From: a virus
Lineage: Duplodnaviria > Heunggongvirae > Uroviricota > Caudoviricetes
Strand: one strand, 5' to 3'
DNA length: 22,729 bases
IMG/VR virus record: IMGVR_UViG_2529293062_000009
The notes below the pieces were generated by a model. It worked only from the letters and a program-made list of their open reading frames with translations. It did not search any database and was not told the origin of the DNA. The stretch's first letter is position 1, and each line of letters begins with the position of its first letter. Both the position numbers and the translations under genes were made by a program. Positions 1 through 8,604 of this stretch are shown piece by piece.

Positions 1-1094
1 TGAGGCAACATGATTTCAGCAGCAGAGAAACCGGCTCTCATTGCATCCAATTCATCATCTGTAGGTGTTCTCGCTGTAGTACCGTTTTCAGATGCTGTAA
101 ATAGAATAATGTTATTGCCATCGATATTATTACTTAGCAACGATGGACTGTGAGTGCTAATGATGATTTGCTTTTGATTTCGAGCACCTTTAAGCGTGTT
201 TTCAATGATTTCAGGTATAAATTTCACAATTTCACTGTTCAAAGATAATTCAGGTTCTTCCATTAAAAGTAGCTGTCTTTTCTCAAGAAGTGACCACATC
301 AAACCGATTAAACGTAATGTTCCATCTGAAAACTGCTCTTCTTTTTGCCATCCAGCATTTGGCCTCCAGTGCTCGTACCTTGCTTCTAAGTGTGGTTGCC
401 CTGATTCATCTCTTTCAAAGCGTAACTCTTTAAACTGCGGAACAGCAATAGATAGCCCTGCTTGTATTTTTTTTAGCCAGGCATCTCTGGTTCGTGTTTG
501 AGTATTTGCTAATCGGTCAAGAAACCCTTGTCCAAATGGGTCATCATCTATTTTATTAACCCCAATTTCTTTGGCGAATTTGAGCAACTGTGGAACTATA
601 TGCAAGTATGTAACAGATGTGAAGAAATCTGAAATCACTCTAAAATTTTGATTTGCTAAAATTTGCTCAAGATGTGTTTGAGTCAACTGAACAGCATCAG
701 CATGATCATGAGCATTGGGGCGGCTCAATATATGCTCACCATTTTTATATACATTTTCACTAGTGACGTGAATTAACTGTTTCCCTCGGCCAGATGCCTT
801 GAAAATAAGTTCATAAATCCACTCGTTATCGTCTTCCTCAAAATATATGGTTATACCTACTTCGGTATCATTTCTCGCTTGAAGACAACGGAGTTTTGTT
901 ATGCCACCTCTATCATTGACCGCTTTTTGTAAACCACCACCATCTCTACAAATATCACTCATAAAGCGAAAGACATCAAGGAAGTTTGATTTACCTACAG
1001 CATTTGGCCCTATGATGTAAACACGGTCATGAAGAGGAACATCAATATTCCTGAAGTTTTTCCAATTTTTCAGTTTTAATCGAGTAATATTCAT
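1..1094 (-). CDS. ABC/AAA-type ATPase (OLD/AriA/PtuA-like superfamily), 3' end truncated by window; candidate defence component
   Basis: Minus-strand ORF with ATG at 1094..1092, SD AAGAGG upstream, running past position 1 (about 364 codons in window). Translation starts MNITRLKLKNWKNFRNIDVPLHDRVYIIGPNAVGKSNF (Walker A GPNAVGKS) and contains LLLMEEPE (Walker B-like) and IIISTHSP (H-loop-like). The start lies 1 nt after the cI stop codon. Confidence 0.7.
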   Translation of the reverse strand, partial: MNITRLKLKNWKNFRNIDVPLHDRVYIIGPNAVGKSNFLDVFRFMSDICRDGGGLQKAVNDRGGITKLRCLQARNDTEVGITIYFEEDDNEWIYELIFKASGRGKQLIHVTSENVYKNGEHILSRPNAHDHADAVQLTQTHLEQILANQNFRVISDFFTSVTYLHIVPQLLKFAKEIGVNKIDDDPFGQGFLDRLANTQTRTRDAWLKKIQAGLSIAVPQFKELRFERDESGQPHLEARYEHWRPNAGWQKEEQFSDGTLRLIGLMWSLLEKRQLLLMEEPELSLNSEIVKFIPEIIENTLKGARNQKQIIISTHSPSLLSNNIDGNNIILFTASENGTTARTPTDDELDAMRAGFSAAEIMLP

Positions 1095-1095
1095 A

Positions 1096-1662
1096 TTAGC
1101 CTCTTATCTTGAATTCTGCTATAACTTTGCCGATGAATACAAGGTCATTAATGTTCATATCAACAATGATATTCCCATAGTTAATCTTAACTTTATTATC
1201 AGGAATTCTAATAACTTGTTTTATAGAATGCTTTCCATCAATGGAGATTAACCAATCACCATCAACTACATCTGTGAAATCCCTCTCAATAAAATAAGAG
1301 TTATTCCCGTTTGATATCACAGATGGTGATGATAAACCATCAGGAATGAACACCTTGTCAAACATTAGTGTTCCTGCATCCAATAGCACTCCATCAATCA
1401 ATTTTATTTTTTGAATATTGATGATGTCAGAAGTTAAATATTCATGTTTAGGAGGTAAGCCTGTTACCAGCCACTTTATGTTTACTCCTGTTTCGAGCGC
1501 GCACTGAATAACCCAATCAGAAGGGAATGAATCTCTCATGTAGCGTGTAGCAAGACTGCTTTTTGATATGCCTAGTTGTTCACATAACGCCTGTCTTGTA
1601 GTGAACCCATAGGCTTCAACCATCCTTTCGATAGCTTTCTTTCCACCTTGACTAAAATCCAT
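1096..1662 (-). CDS. cI: 186-type CI immunity repressor (N-terminal helix-turn-helix)
   Basis: Minus-strand ORF; start chosen at the internal ATG 1662..1660 (MDFSQGGKKAIERM...) with SD AAGGTG 6 nt upstream; stop TAA 1096..1098. HTH-like segment TRQALCEQLGISKSSLATRYMR. Divergent from the Apl-like gene. About 188 aa, similar to 186 CI. Confidence 0.75.
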   Translation of the reverse strand: MDFSQGGKKAIERMVEAYGFTTRQALCEQLGISKSSLATRYMRDSFPSDWVIQCALETGVNIKWLVTGLPPKHEYLTSDIINIQKIKLIDGVLLDAGTLMFDKVFIPDGLSSPSVISNGNNSYFIERDFTDVVDGDWLISIDGKHSIKQVIRIPDNKVKINYGNIIVDMNINDLVFIGKVIAEFKIRG

Positions 1663-1788
1663 CGATTTCACCTTGTGAACTTTATGGTTGACGATTTCAA
1701 TTTGTGATCTTATAGTCGCATTGATTTCAAAATGTGACTTACAACTACTCGTCAATGTTAAACACACTTAAACAGGAGATGTTGCCTT
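1663..1788. promoter_or_regulatory. Lysis/lysogeny switch region between divergent cI and apl-like genes, with three phased direct repeats (candidate operator/Apl sites)
   Basis: Direct repeats GATTTCA-N4-GTGA at 1664..1678, 1693..1707 and 1723..1737, spaced 29 to 30 bp; the first overlaps the cI SD and start. Confidence 0.5.
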
Positions 1789-2010
1789 ATGACTCAGCAC
1801 ATTTCAATCACATTAGCTGTCCCATCCATTTCGGTTGAAAAGTACAGTGAACTCACAGGGTTATCTGTAGACACTATCAACAGTATGCTCGCAGATGGAC
1901 GCCTTAAGCGGCATCGTCTTCGCAAGGATAAAAAACGTGAAAAGGTAATGATCAACATTGCAGCCATGACAGTGGATGCGCTTGCCGATTCCAATGTCGT
2001 AATCAATTGA
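1789..2010 (+). CDS. apl: Apl/Cox-like excisionase and switch regulator (small HTH protein)
   Basis: 73-aa ORF, ATG 1789, SD AGGAG upstream. First gene rightward of the repressor, as for Apl in 186 and Cox in P2. Basic C-terminal half (RLKRHRLRKDKKREK). Confidence 0.6.
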   Translation: MTQHISITLAVPSISVEKYSELTGLSVDTINSMLADGRLKRHRLRKDKKREKVMINIAAMTVDALADSNVVIN

Positions 2011-2042
2011 TTCGATTTTGAAATAAAGGGAAGGGGCTGACT

Positions 2043-2552
2043 ATGTTTGATTATCAAGTTTCCAAACATCCACATTTTGACGAAGCCTGTCGTGCATTCG
2101 CACTGCGCCACAACCTGGTGCGACTGGCAGAACGTGCAGGCATGAATGTACAGATTCTGCGGAACAAGCTGAACCCAGCTCAACCTCATTTATTAACCGC
2201 ACCAGAAATCTGGTTGCTTACCGATCTGACTGAAGATTCAACGCTGGTAGATGGCTTTCTGGCACAGATTCACTGCCTGCCATGTGTACCGATTAATGAG
2301 GTGGCAAAAGAGAAACTGCCGCATTATGTCATGAGTGCAACCGCAGAGATCGGGCGTGTTGCTGCAGGTGCGGTATCTGGCGATGTAAAAACCAGTGCAG
2401 GTCGTCGTGATGCTATCAGCAGCATTAACTCTGTAACACGACTGATGGCGCTGGCCGCTGTTTCATTGCAGGCCCGTTTACAGGCTAATCCTGCGATGGC
2501 GAGTGCAGTTGATACCGTGACTGGCCTCGGTGCTTCATTCGGTTTGCTGTGA
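2043..2552 (+). CDS. cII: CII-like lysogeny establishment regulator (186 CII-type)
   Basis: 169-aa ORF directly after the apl-like gene, SD AAGGGG upstream; position and length match 186 CII (169 aa as recalled). Confidence 0.55.
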   Translation: MFDYQVSKHPHFDEACRAFALRHNLVRLAERAGMNVQILRNKLNPAQPHLLTAPEIWLLTDLTEDSTLVDGFLAQIHCLPCVPINEVAKEKLPHYVMSATAEIGRVAAGAVSGDVKTSAGRRDAISSINSVTRLMALAAVSLQARLQANPAMASAVDTVTGLGASFGLL

Positions 2553-2559
2553 GGTGCTT

Positions 2560-2760
2560 ATGCTGACGAAAGAACCATCATTTGCATCGCTGCTGGTAAA
2601 ACAAAGTCCGGCAATGCACTACGGTCACGGCTGGATCATGGGTGAGGATGGTAAACGCTGGCATCCGTGCCGTTCACAAGATGAATTGCTGGCAGAACTA
2701 TCTACGAAAAAACGGGGGAACAAATGGCTATTGAAGGCGCTGCGGCGACTGTTCCATTAA
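2560..2760 (+). CDS. hypothetical early protein
   Basis: ATG 2560 with SD GAGGTG 2551..2556, in frame with track ORF 2530..2760; 66 aa. Position corresponds to the fil/dhr region of 186 but no motif recognised. Confidence 0.45.
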   Translation: MLTKEPSFASLLVKQSPAMHYGHGWIMGEDGKRWHPCRSQDELLAELSTKKRGNKWLLKALRRLFH

Positions 2761-3065
2761 GACCCGGTGAACGCCTGAATGGACTTAATCATATTGCGGA
2801 GTTAAGGGCGAAATTTTTTGGTTTGAATATTGAGTCAGAGCTTGAGCGGTTTATTAAAGATATGCGTGATCCTCGGGATATCAATAATGAACAAAATAAA
2901 CGGGCACTGGCTGCCATATTCTTTATGGCAAAAATTCCAGCTGAACGTCATAGCATCAGCATTAATGAGCTGACCACTGACGAAAAGCGGGAGTTGATTA
3001 AAGCAATGAATCATTTTCGTGCAGTGGTGAGCTTATTTCCCAGACGGCTAACCATGCCGAATTAA
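2724..3065 (+). CDS. hypothetical early protein
   Basis: 113-aa ORF, ATG 2724 preceded by GGGGG; overlaps the previous ORF by 37 nt in another frame. Confidence 0.45.
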   Translation: MAIEGAAATVPLRPGERLNGLNHIAELRAKFFGLNIESELERFIKDMRDPRDINNEQNKRALAAIFFMAKIPAERHSISINELTTDEKRELIKAMNHFRAVVSLFPRRLTMPN

Positions 3066-3132
3066 CCAACTAATGAAATTAATGGCGTAAACCCGCCGGG
3101 CATCCCTTTATCTAAATTCAGGAGAATTGCTT

Positions 3133-3366
3133 ATGCGTAATATTGAAACCCTCACGACCAAAACCGGACCGGATGATGCAGGTCTTAATCTTTTACTGAC
3201 AGAGGCTCGTCTGGAAGAACGCCGGGCAAGGGCTGAAGCAATGGCTGCTCGCCTCGATAGCCTGGCGTGTCATATCACCTCCCGCCAGCTAAACCACGTC
3301 GAAGCGGCAGAACTGCTGCGTGTGACTGCTGAAGCAATCCAGAACGAAGCGCAGGAGATCCACTGA
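3133..3366 (+). CDS. hypothetical early protein
   Basis: ATG 3133 with SD AGGAGAA 7 nt upstream (the track ORF starts at an upstream TTG); 77 aa; stop overlaps the next start (TGATG). Confidence 0.5.
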   Translation: MRNIETLTTKTGPDDAGLNLLLTEARLEERRARAEAMAARLDSLACHITSRQLNHVEAAELLRVTAEAIQNEAQEIH

Positions 3367-3593
3367 TGGCTGATGCAATGGATCTCGTACAGCAGCGCGT
3401 TGAAGAAGAACGCCAACGCCATATCCGTGCTGCCCGTGCCAAAACGCCGGGCGTGTCCCGCGTGCTTTGCGTTGAGTGTGAAGCGCCAATTCCGCCAGCA
3501 CGCCGCCGTGCCATTCCGGGTGTGCAGCTTTGCATTACCTGTCAGGAAATCGCAGAGCTGAAAGGCAAACATTACAACGGAGGTGCTGTATGA
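3366..3593 (+). CDS. TraR/DksA-family C4 zinc-finger protein
   Basis: 75 aa with CxxC-N17-CxxC (CVECEAPIPPARRRAIPGVQLCITC); such a protein is typical of P2-like early operons. Confidence 0.7.
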   Translation: MADAMDLVQQRVEEERQRHIRAARAKTPGVSRVLCVECEAPIPPARRRAIPGVQLCITCQEIAELKGKHYNGGAV

Positions 3594-4444
3594 GCACCAT
3601 CCTGAAATGGGCAGGAAATAAAACCGCCATAATGTCCGAACTGAAAAAGCATCTTCCTGCTGGCCCGCGACTGGTTGAACCTTTCGCGGGTTCCTGTGCA
3701 GTGATGATGGAGACGGATTACCCCAGCTATCTTGTTGCGGATATTAATCCTGATTTAATCAACCTCTATAAAAAGGTTGCTGCTGATTGTGAGGCGTTTA
3801 TATCTCGTGCCAGAGCTTTATTTGAGGAAGCAAACAGGGAGGTGGCTTATTACAACATAAGGCAGGAGTTTAATTACTCCACTGAAATTACTGATTTCAT
3901 GAAAGCGGTATATTTCCTGTATCTCAATCGTCACGGTTACCGTGGTTTATGTCGCTATAACAAGAGCGGGCATTTCAACATTCCCTACGGTAATTATAAA
4001 AATCCGTATTTCCCTGAAAAAGAAATTCGCGCATTTGCAGAGAAAGCCCAGCGGGCAACGTTTATCTGCGCCAGCTTTGATGAAACGCTGGCGATGTTGA
4101 AGGTGGGGGATGTGGTGTATTGCGATCCGCCTTATGACGGTACGTTTTCCGGCTATCACACTGATGGTTTCACTGAAGATGATCAGTATCACCTGGCATC
4201 CATTCTTGAACATCGGTCATCAGAAGGACATCCGGTCATTGTTTCTAACAGTAACACGTCTTTGACCCGGTCCCTTTATCGTAATTTCACTCACCACTAC
4301 ATCAGGGCGAAACGCAGCATCGGCGTTGCAGCGGGGGAGGGAAAATTTGCAACAGAGATGATTGCCACTAAATCTGCTAATTGGTTTAGTGCCGATTTTA
4401 GTAGGGGACGTGACTCTACTGTTATTTTCGGGGTGCAAGTGTGA
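3590..4444 (+). CDS. dam: Dam-family DNA N6-adenine methyltransferase
   Basis: ATG 3590 with SD GGAGGTG, overlapping the upstream stop (ATGA). N-terminal ILKWAGNK motif (Dam FxKWAGGK-like) and catalytic DPPY (CDPPYDGTF). Confidence 0.85.
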   Translation: MSTILKWAGNKTAIMSELKKHLPAGPRLVEPFAGSCAVMMETDYPSYLVADINPDLINLYKKVAADCEAFISRARALFEEANREVAYYNIRQEFNYSTEITDFMKAVYFLYLNRHGYRGLCRYNKSGHFNIPYGNYKNPYFPEKEIRAFAEKAQRATFICASFDETLAMLKVGDVVYCDPPYDGTFSGYHTDGFTEDDQYHLASILEHRSSEGHPVIVSNSNTSLTRSLYRNFTHHYIRAKRSIGVAAGEGKFATEMIATKSANWFSADFSRGRDSTVIFGVQV

Positions 4445-5271
4445 AAGAAATGCACCACGGAATTCATCATTTCCATGGGACGCCTGTCTGGGGAAGTGCT
4501 GGCGACGTTCATCGTATTGCGGTGAGCGGAGCTGGCGCTTTCGTCTCCTATGTACGACCAGATCAGATTGCGGCGTCCATTCAGCACGCTCAGGTCGTCG
4601 GCATTGATAACGGCGCATTTTCTGCATGGGTGCGTGGGCTAAAAATTAACTGGAGTGATTTTTATAAATGGCTCCTGAACTATTACCACCATCCTAAGGT
4701 CGCTTTTTTTGTCATTCCTGATGTTGTGGACGGAGGTGAACGTGACAATGATGCCCTGATAAACGAAGTTCCGAAAATGTTCTACGGGAAGGCAACTCCC
4801 GTCTGGCATCTGCACGAGTCAATCGATCGGCTTATCGAGCTATGTCGTGAATGGCCTCGTGTCTGCTTTGGATCGTCTGGTGAATATGCGGCTATCAGAA
4901 CTGCGCACTGGCATCGTCGTATGCAGGACGCTTTTGAAGCAATTTATTGCCGACACAATTTCAAAACAGCTGTTCATGGTTTGCGCATGCTTGACGGTCG
5001 TGTGTTGGGAAATTACCCACTGGCGACTGCCGACAGTACAAATCTTGCCTGCAATGTCCCCAAATTTAATAGCAAATATCCTGAGCTGACGCGGGCTATT
5101 CAGGAGGCTGAGTATTCGCGCAATCTGACGGAAAAGGAGCTGAAAGCTGTCATTCTGAAAAACCGTTGCGCAATTTTAAAAGGTGCAATTGAAGCTGTTC
5201 GCCCACCTTCAGTTTCTGATTGGCTGTCGAATGGTTTGCAGCCTTCACAGCTCGAACTGGAGATTGCGTAA
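4441..5271 (+). CDS. hypothetical early protein, possibly TGT-fold (DpdA-like) DNA-modification enzyme
   Basis: 276-aa ORF; start GTG 4441 (overlapping the dam stop) or ATG 4450. Weak by-eye resemblance to tRNA-guanine transglycosylase motifs (TPVWG; IDNGAFS vs DSGGFQ; FFVIPD vs FDECT; FGSSGE vs GGLAVGE). Function not established. Confidence 0.4.
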   Translation: MKEMHHGIHHFHGTPVWGSAGDVHRIAVSGAGAFVSYVRPDQIAASIQHAQVVGIDNGAFSAWVRGLKINWSDFYKWLLNYYHHPKVAFFVIPDVVDGGERDNDALINEVPKMFYGKATPVWHLHESIDRLIELCREWPRVCFGSSGEYAAIRTAHWHRRMQDAFEAIYCRHNFKTAVHGLRMLDGRVLGNYPLATADSTNLACNVPKFNSKYPELTRAIQEAEYSRNLTEKELKAVILKNRCAILKGAIEAVRPPSVSDWLSNGLQPSQLELEIA

Positions 5272-7643
5272 TGAACTACAGCTATTCCTGGAATGCTGAG
5301 AAAAAAGCAATCAATCCTTACGTAGAGACGGAAGAGCAATCTTCAGTTTCTGCGCTTTCAAACCTGATCGCTCTGTACGCTGCCGATAACGAGCAGGAAC
5401 AGCTGCGCCGCGAGGCACTGAGTGATCAGGTCTGGGAGCGTTATTTCTTTAATGAATCCCGTGATCCTGTCCAGCGCGAAATGGAGCAGGATAAGCTCAT
5501 TAGTCGGGCAAAGCTGGCGCATGAGCAGCAGCGTTTTAATCCAGATATGGTCATTCTGGCGGACGTTAATGCCCAGCCTTCCCATATCAGCAAGCCACTG
5601 ATGCAACGTATTGAATACTTCAGCAGCCTGGGCAGGCCAAAGGCTTATTCCCGCTATTTGCGTGAGACGATTAAGCCATGTCTGGAACGGCTGGAGCATG
5701 TACGCGACTGTCAGCTATCCACTTCTTTTCGCTTTATGGCAAGCCATGAAGGGCTGGACGGCCTGCTGATCCTGCCTGAAATGAGTCAGGATCAGGTGAA
5801 ACGCCTGTCCACCCTGGTAGCTGCGCATATGAGCATGTGCCTTGATGCAGCTTGTGGCGATTTGTATGTCACCGATGACGTTAAGCCAGAAGAAATCCGC
5901 AAGACATGGGAAAAGGTGGCAGCGGAAACCCTGCGTCTGGATGTCATCCCGCCTGCGTTTGAGCAACTCCGCCGGAAAAGAAACCGCCGTAAACCCGTGC
6001 CCTATGAACTCATTCCGGGTTCGCTGGCGCGTATGTTGTGCGCTGACTGGTGGTACCGGAAATTATGGAAGATGCGTTGCGAATGGCGGGAAGAGCAGTT
6101 GCGTGCTGTCTGCCTGGTCAGCAAAAAAGCATCTCCCTATGTCAGCTATGAAGCCGTGATGCATAAACGTGAGCAGCGCCGTAAGTCGCTGGAGTTTTTT
6201 CGTTCTCATGAACTGGTGAACGAAGACGGCGACACGCTGGACATGGAGGATGTGGTAAACGCCAGCAGCAGCAACCCTGCGCATCGCCGCAATGAGATGA
6301 TGGCCTGTGTTAAAGGCCTGGAGCTTATCGCGGAAATGCGCGGTGACTGCGCCGTTTTCTACACCATCACCTGTCCGTCACGTTTCCATTCCACGCTAAA
6401 TAATGGCAGGCCCAACCCAACTTGGACAAATGCGACGGTAAGACAAAGCAGTGATTATCTGGTCGGCATGTTTGCTGCATTTCGTAAGGCGATGCACAAA
6501 GCCGGATTGCGGTGGTATGGCGTGCGGGTGGCTGAGCCGCATCATGACGGTACAGTTCACTGGCACCTGTTGTGTTTTATGCGCAAAAAAGACCGCCGCG
6601 CCATCACTGCATTACTGCGTAAGTTTGCCATCCGTGAAGACCGCGAGGAACTGGGCAATAACACTGGGCCGCGCTTTAAGTCTGAGTTGATTAACCCGCG
6701 CAAAGGTACGCCAACAAGCTACATCGCGAAATACATCAGTAAGAACATTGACGGGCGTGGTCTGGCTGGCGAGATCAGCAAGGAAACGGGGAAATCCCTG
6801 CGTGATAATGCTGAATACGTTAATGCCTGGGCGTCTCTGCATCGTGTTCAGCAATTCCGCTTCTTTGGCATTCCGGGGCGTCAGGCTTACCGTGAACTGC
6901 GATTGCTGGCTGGTCAGGCGGCAAGGCAACAGGGGGACAAAAAAGCAGGTGCGCCGGTACTGGATAACCCGCGCCTTGATGCCATCCTGGCTGCTGCTGA
7001 TGCTGGTTGTTTTGCCACCTACATCATGAAGCAGGGCGGCGTACTGGTTCCCCGCAAATATCACCTCATCAGAACCGCTTATGAAATCAACGAAGAGCCG
7101 ACCGCCTATGGCGATCACGGCATTCGTATTTATGGCATCTGGTCACCTATTGCAGAGGGCAAGATCTGCACTCATGCCGTGAAGTGGAAAATGGTTCGTA
7201 AGGCCGTTGATGTTCAGGAGGCGGCAGCCGACCAGGGCGCTTGCGCCCCTTGGACTCGTGGCAATAACTGTCCCCTTGCTGAAAATTTGAACCAACAGGA
7301 GAAAGATAAATCAGCTGATGGGGACCCCAGAACGGACATTACCAGCATGGATGACAAGGAGTTGCACGAATACCTGCACAGTATGAGCAAAAAAGAGCGC
7401 CGGGAACTGGCAGCAAGGTTACGCCTGGTGAAACCGAAACGGCGTAAAGACTACAAACAGCGAATTACAGACCATCAGCGACTGCAGCTCGTGTATGAGC
7501 TGAAGTCCAGAGGATTTGATGGCAGCGAGAAAGAGGTCGATTTACTCCTTCGCGGAGGCAGTATTCCGTCAGGAGCAGGCCTGCGTATCTTCTATCGGAA
7601 CCAGCGTTTGCAGGAAGATGATCAGTGGCGGAACCTGTATTAA
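5271..7643 (+). CDS. A: Replication initiation endonuclease (P2 gpA-type rolling-circle HUH nickase)
   Basis: 790 aa from ATG 5271 (TAATG overlap with the upstream stop). HUH-like [10 protein letters not shown] and tyrosine motif YIAKYISK. Size and position as P2 A (about 761 aa as recalled). Confidence 0.88.
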   Translation: MNYSYSWNAEKKAINPYVETEEQSSVSALSNLIALYAADNEQEQLRREALSDQVWERYFFNESRDPVQREMEQDKLISRAKLAHEQQRFNPDMVILADVNAQPSHISKPLMQRIEYFSSLGRPKAYSRYLRETIKPCLERLEHVRDCQLSTSFRFMASHEGLDGLLILPEMSQDQVKRLSTLVAAHMSMCLDAACGDLYVTDDVKPEEIRKTWEKVAAETLRLDVIPPAFEQLRRKRNRRKPVPYELIPGSLARMLCADWWYRKLWKMRCEWREEQLRAVCLVSKKASPYVSYEAVMHKREQRRKSLEFFRSHELVNEDGDTLDMEDVVNASSSNPAHRRNEMMACVKGLELIAEMRGDCAVFYTITCPSRFHSTLNNGRPNPTWTNATVRQSSDYLVGMFAAFRKAMHKAGLRWYGVRVAEPHHDGTVHWHLLCFMRKKDRRAITALLRKFAIREDREELGNNTGPRFKSELINPRKGTPTSYIAKYISKNIDGRGLAGEISKETGKSLRDNAEYVNAWASLHRVQQFRFFGIPGRQAYRELRLLAGQAARQQGDKKAGAPVLDNPRLDAILAAADAGCFATYIMKQGGVLVPRKYHLIRTAYEINEEPTAYGDHGIRIYGIWSPIAEGKICTHAVKWKMVRKAVDVQEAAADQGACAPWTRGNNCPLAENLNQQEKDKSADGDPRTDITSMDDKELHEYLHSMSKKERRELAARLRLVKPKRRKDYKQRITDHQRLQLVYELKSRGFDGSEKEVDLLLRGGSIPSGAGLRIFYRNQRLQEDDQWRNLY

Positions 7644-7735
7644 TTACGCGGGTTAACAATTCGTACTCTTAATAATACCAGGCATATCAGGCTGATGAAC
7701 GTAAAAAATCGTTTTACATCAGTAAGATTATTATA

Positions 7736-7755
7736 TACTGTAAATATAAACAGTG
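7736..7755 (+). promoter_or_regulatory. LexA (SOS) box overlapping a promoter upstream of the small-ORF/DinI-like pair
   Basis: TACTGTAAATATAAACAGTG, i.e. CTGT-N8-ACAG with an AT-rich spacer (consensus TACTGTATATATATACAGTA); TTTACA-like -35 just upstream at about 7713..7718. Confidence 0.7.
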
Positions 7756-7796
7756 GTTATGCATACAGCGTTGCGTGTGGTGTCATAGGAGGAAAG

Positions 7797-7985
7797 ATGC
7801 AGGACTATTTTTTGGAGTCTTTGAAGCTCCAGCGCATTGATTTTTTTCTTAAGCTTGTAGCGGCTAGTGAGTGTAGTGATGAAGAGAAGGGGCTGGCTCT
7901 GCAGTGGGTTTCTGAATTGACTGATGAACTCATGGCAAAAATCAGAACCCACGAATACAACCGCTCAATGGATGTCATCAGCTGA
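7797..7985 (+). CDS. small SOS-regulated protein, candidate Tum-like antirepressor
   Basis: ATG 7797 with SD AGGAGG 7787..7792; 62 aa (MQDYFLESLKLQRIDFF...); directly downstream of the LexA box and upstream of the DinI-like gene. Confidence 0.5.
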   Translation: MQDYFLESLKLQRIDFFLKLVAASECSDEEKGLALQWVSELTDELMAKIRTHEYNRSMDVIS

Positions 7986-7995
7986 GGTGACTTTT

Positions 7996-8229
7996 ATGCG
8001 CATTGAAATAATGATCGATAAAGAGCAGAAGATTAGCCAGTCTACCCTGGACGCCCTTGAATCCGAGCTTTACCGCAATCTGCGCCCCCTGTATCCCAAA
8101 ACGGTAATTCGCATTCGCAAAGGTAGCTCTAACGGTGTGGAACTAACCGGACTGCAACTGGACGAAGAAAGAAAACAAGTGATGAAAATTATGCAGAAGG
8201 TGTGGGAAGACGACAGCTGGCTGCATTAA
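7996..8229 (+). CDS. DinI-family protein
   Basis: ATG 7996 with SD GAGGTG; 77 aa, MRIEIMIDKEQKIS...KVWEDDSWLH, resembling E. coli DinI (MRIEVTIAK...TWESADDWF). Confidence 0.75.
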   Translation: MRIEIMIDKEQKISQSTLDALESELYRNLRPLYPKTVIRIRKGSSNGVELTGLQLDEERKQVMKIMQKVWEDDSWLH

Positions 8230-8364
8230 GAAACGTTGCTGGCGTCTGAACTTGCTTCTGGCGTCAGCAAGGTTGAACAACGAGCCCTTGCGAGGCGTTA
8301 GCTCTGTAGTGCATGTCTATGCCGCATGAGATCGCATGATCGTTTGAGGATCGTTTTTGCTAAG

Positions 8365-8388
8365 GCCCGCCAGAACTGGCGGGCTTTT
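8365..8388 (+). terminator. Rho-independent terminator downstream of the DinI-like gene
   Basis: GC-rich inverted repeat GCCCGCCAG / CTGGCGGGC with a short loop, followed by TTTT. Confidence 0.6.
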
Positions 8389-8481
8389 GCGTAGATCATG
8401 CAGGTGCATGAAAACCACTACATAAAGCGGGCAGGCGTGGCGGGGATACGAGCGCGCGTTAAGCCATATAAGAGTTATATA

Positions 8482-8510
8482 TTGATTTGATTGCTGGACA
8501 TACATACAGT
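8482..8510 (+). promoter_or_regulatory. putative sigma70 promoter for the kinase operon
   Basis: TTGATT, 17-nt spacer, TACAGT, about 95 nt upstream of ATG 8605 in an AT-rich tract; by-eye match only. Confidence 0.3.
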
Positions 8511-8604
8511 ATCGCTCTATCATCTAATAAATCTTAGGGTATTTGACAATGTTTGGATAAAATGGAACCTAACTTATTCATAATCCGCTAAACAGGGATG
8601 TCAG

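Noticed and set aside
196-501. 101-aa plus-strand ORF
   Set aside because: Lies entirely antisense to the well-supported minus-strand ATPase gene, with no ribosome-binding site or recognisable motifs.
1663-1767. N-terminal extension of the repressor ORF (track start at 1767)
   Set aside because: The internal ATG at 1662 has a good SD (AAGGTG) and gives a 186-CI-like length; the extension would run across the operator repeats and has no SD.
5358-7118. Minus-strand ORFs (113 aa, 83 aa, 73 aa, 168 aa) inside replication gene A
   Set aside because: Antisense to the A gene; no start signals or motifs.
8543-8563. TTGACA hexamer as an alternative -35 for the kinase operon
   Set aside because: No acceptable -10 at 16 to 18 bp spacing; the TTGATT/TACAGT pair at 8482..8510 fits better, though still weakly.
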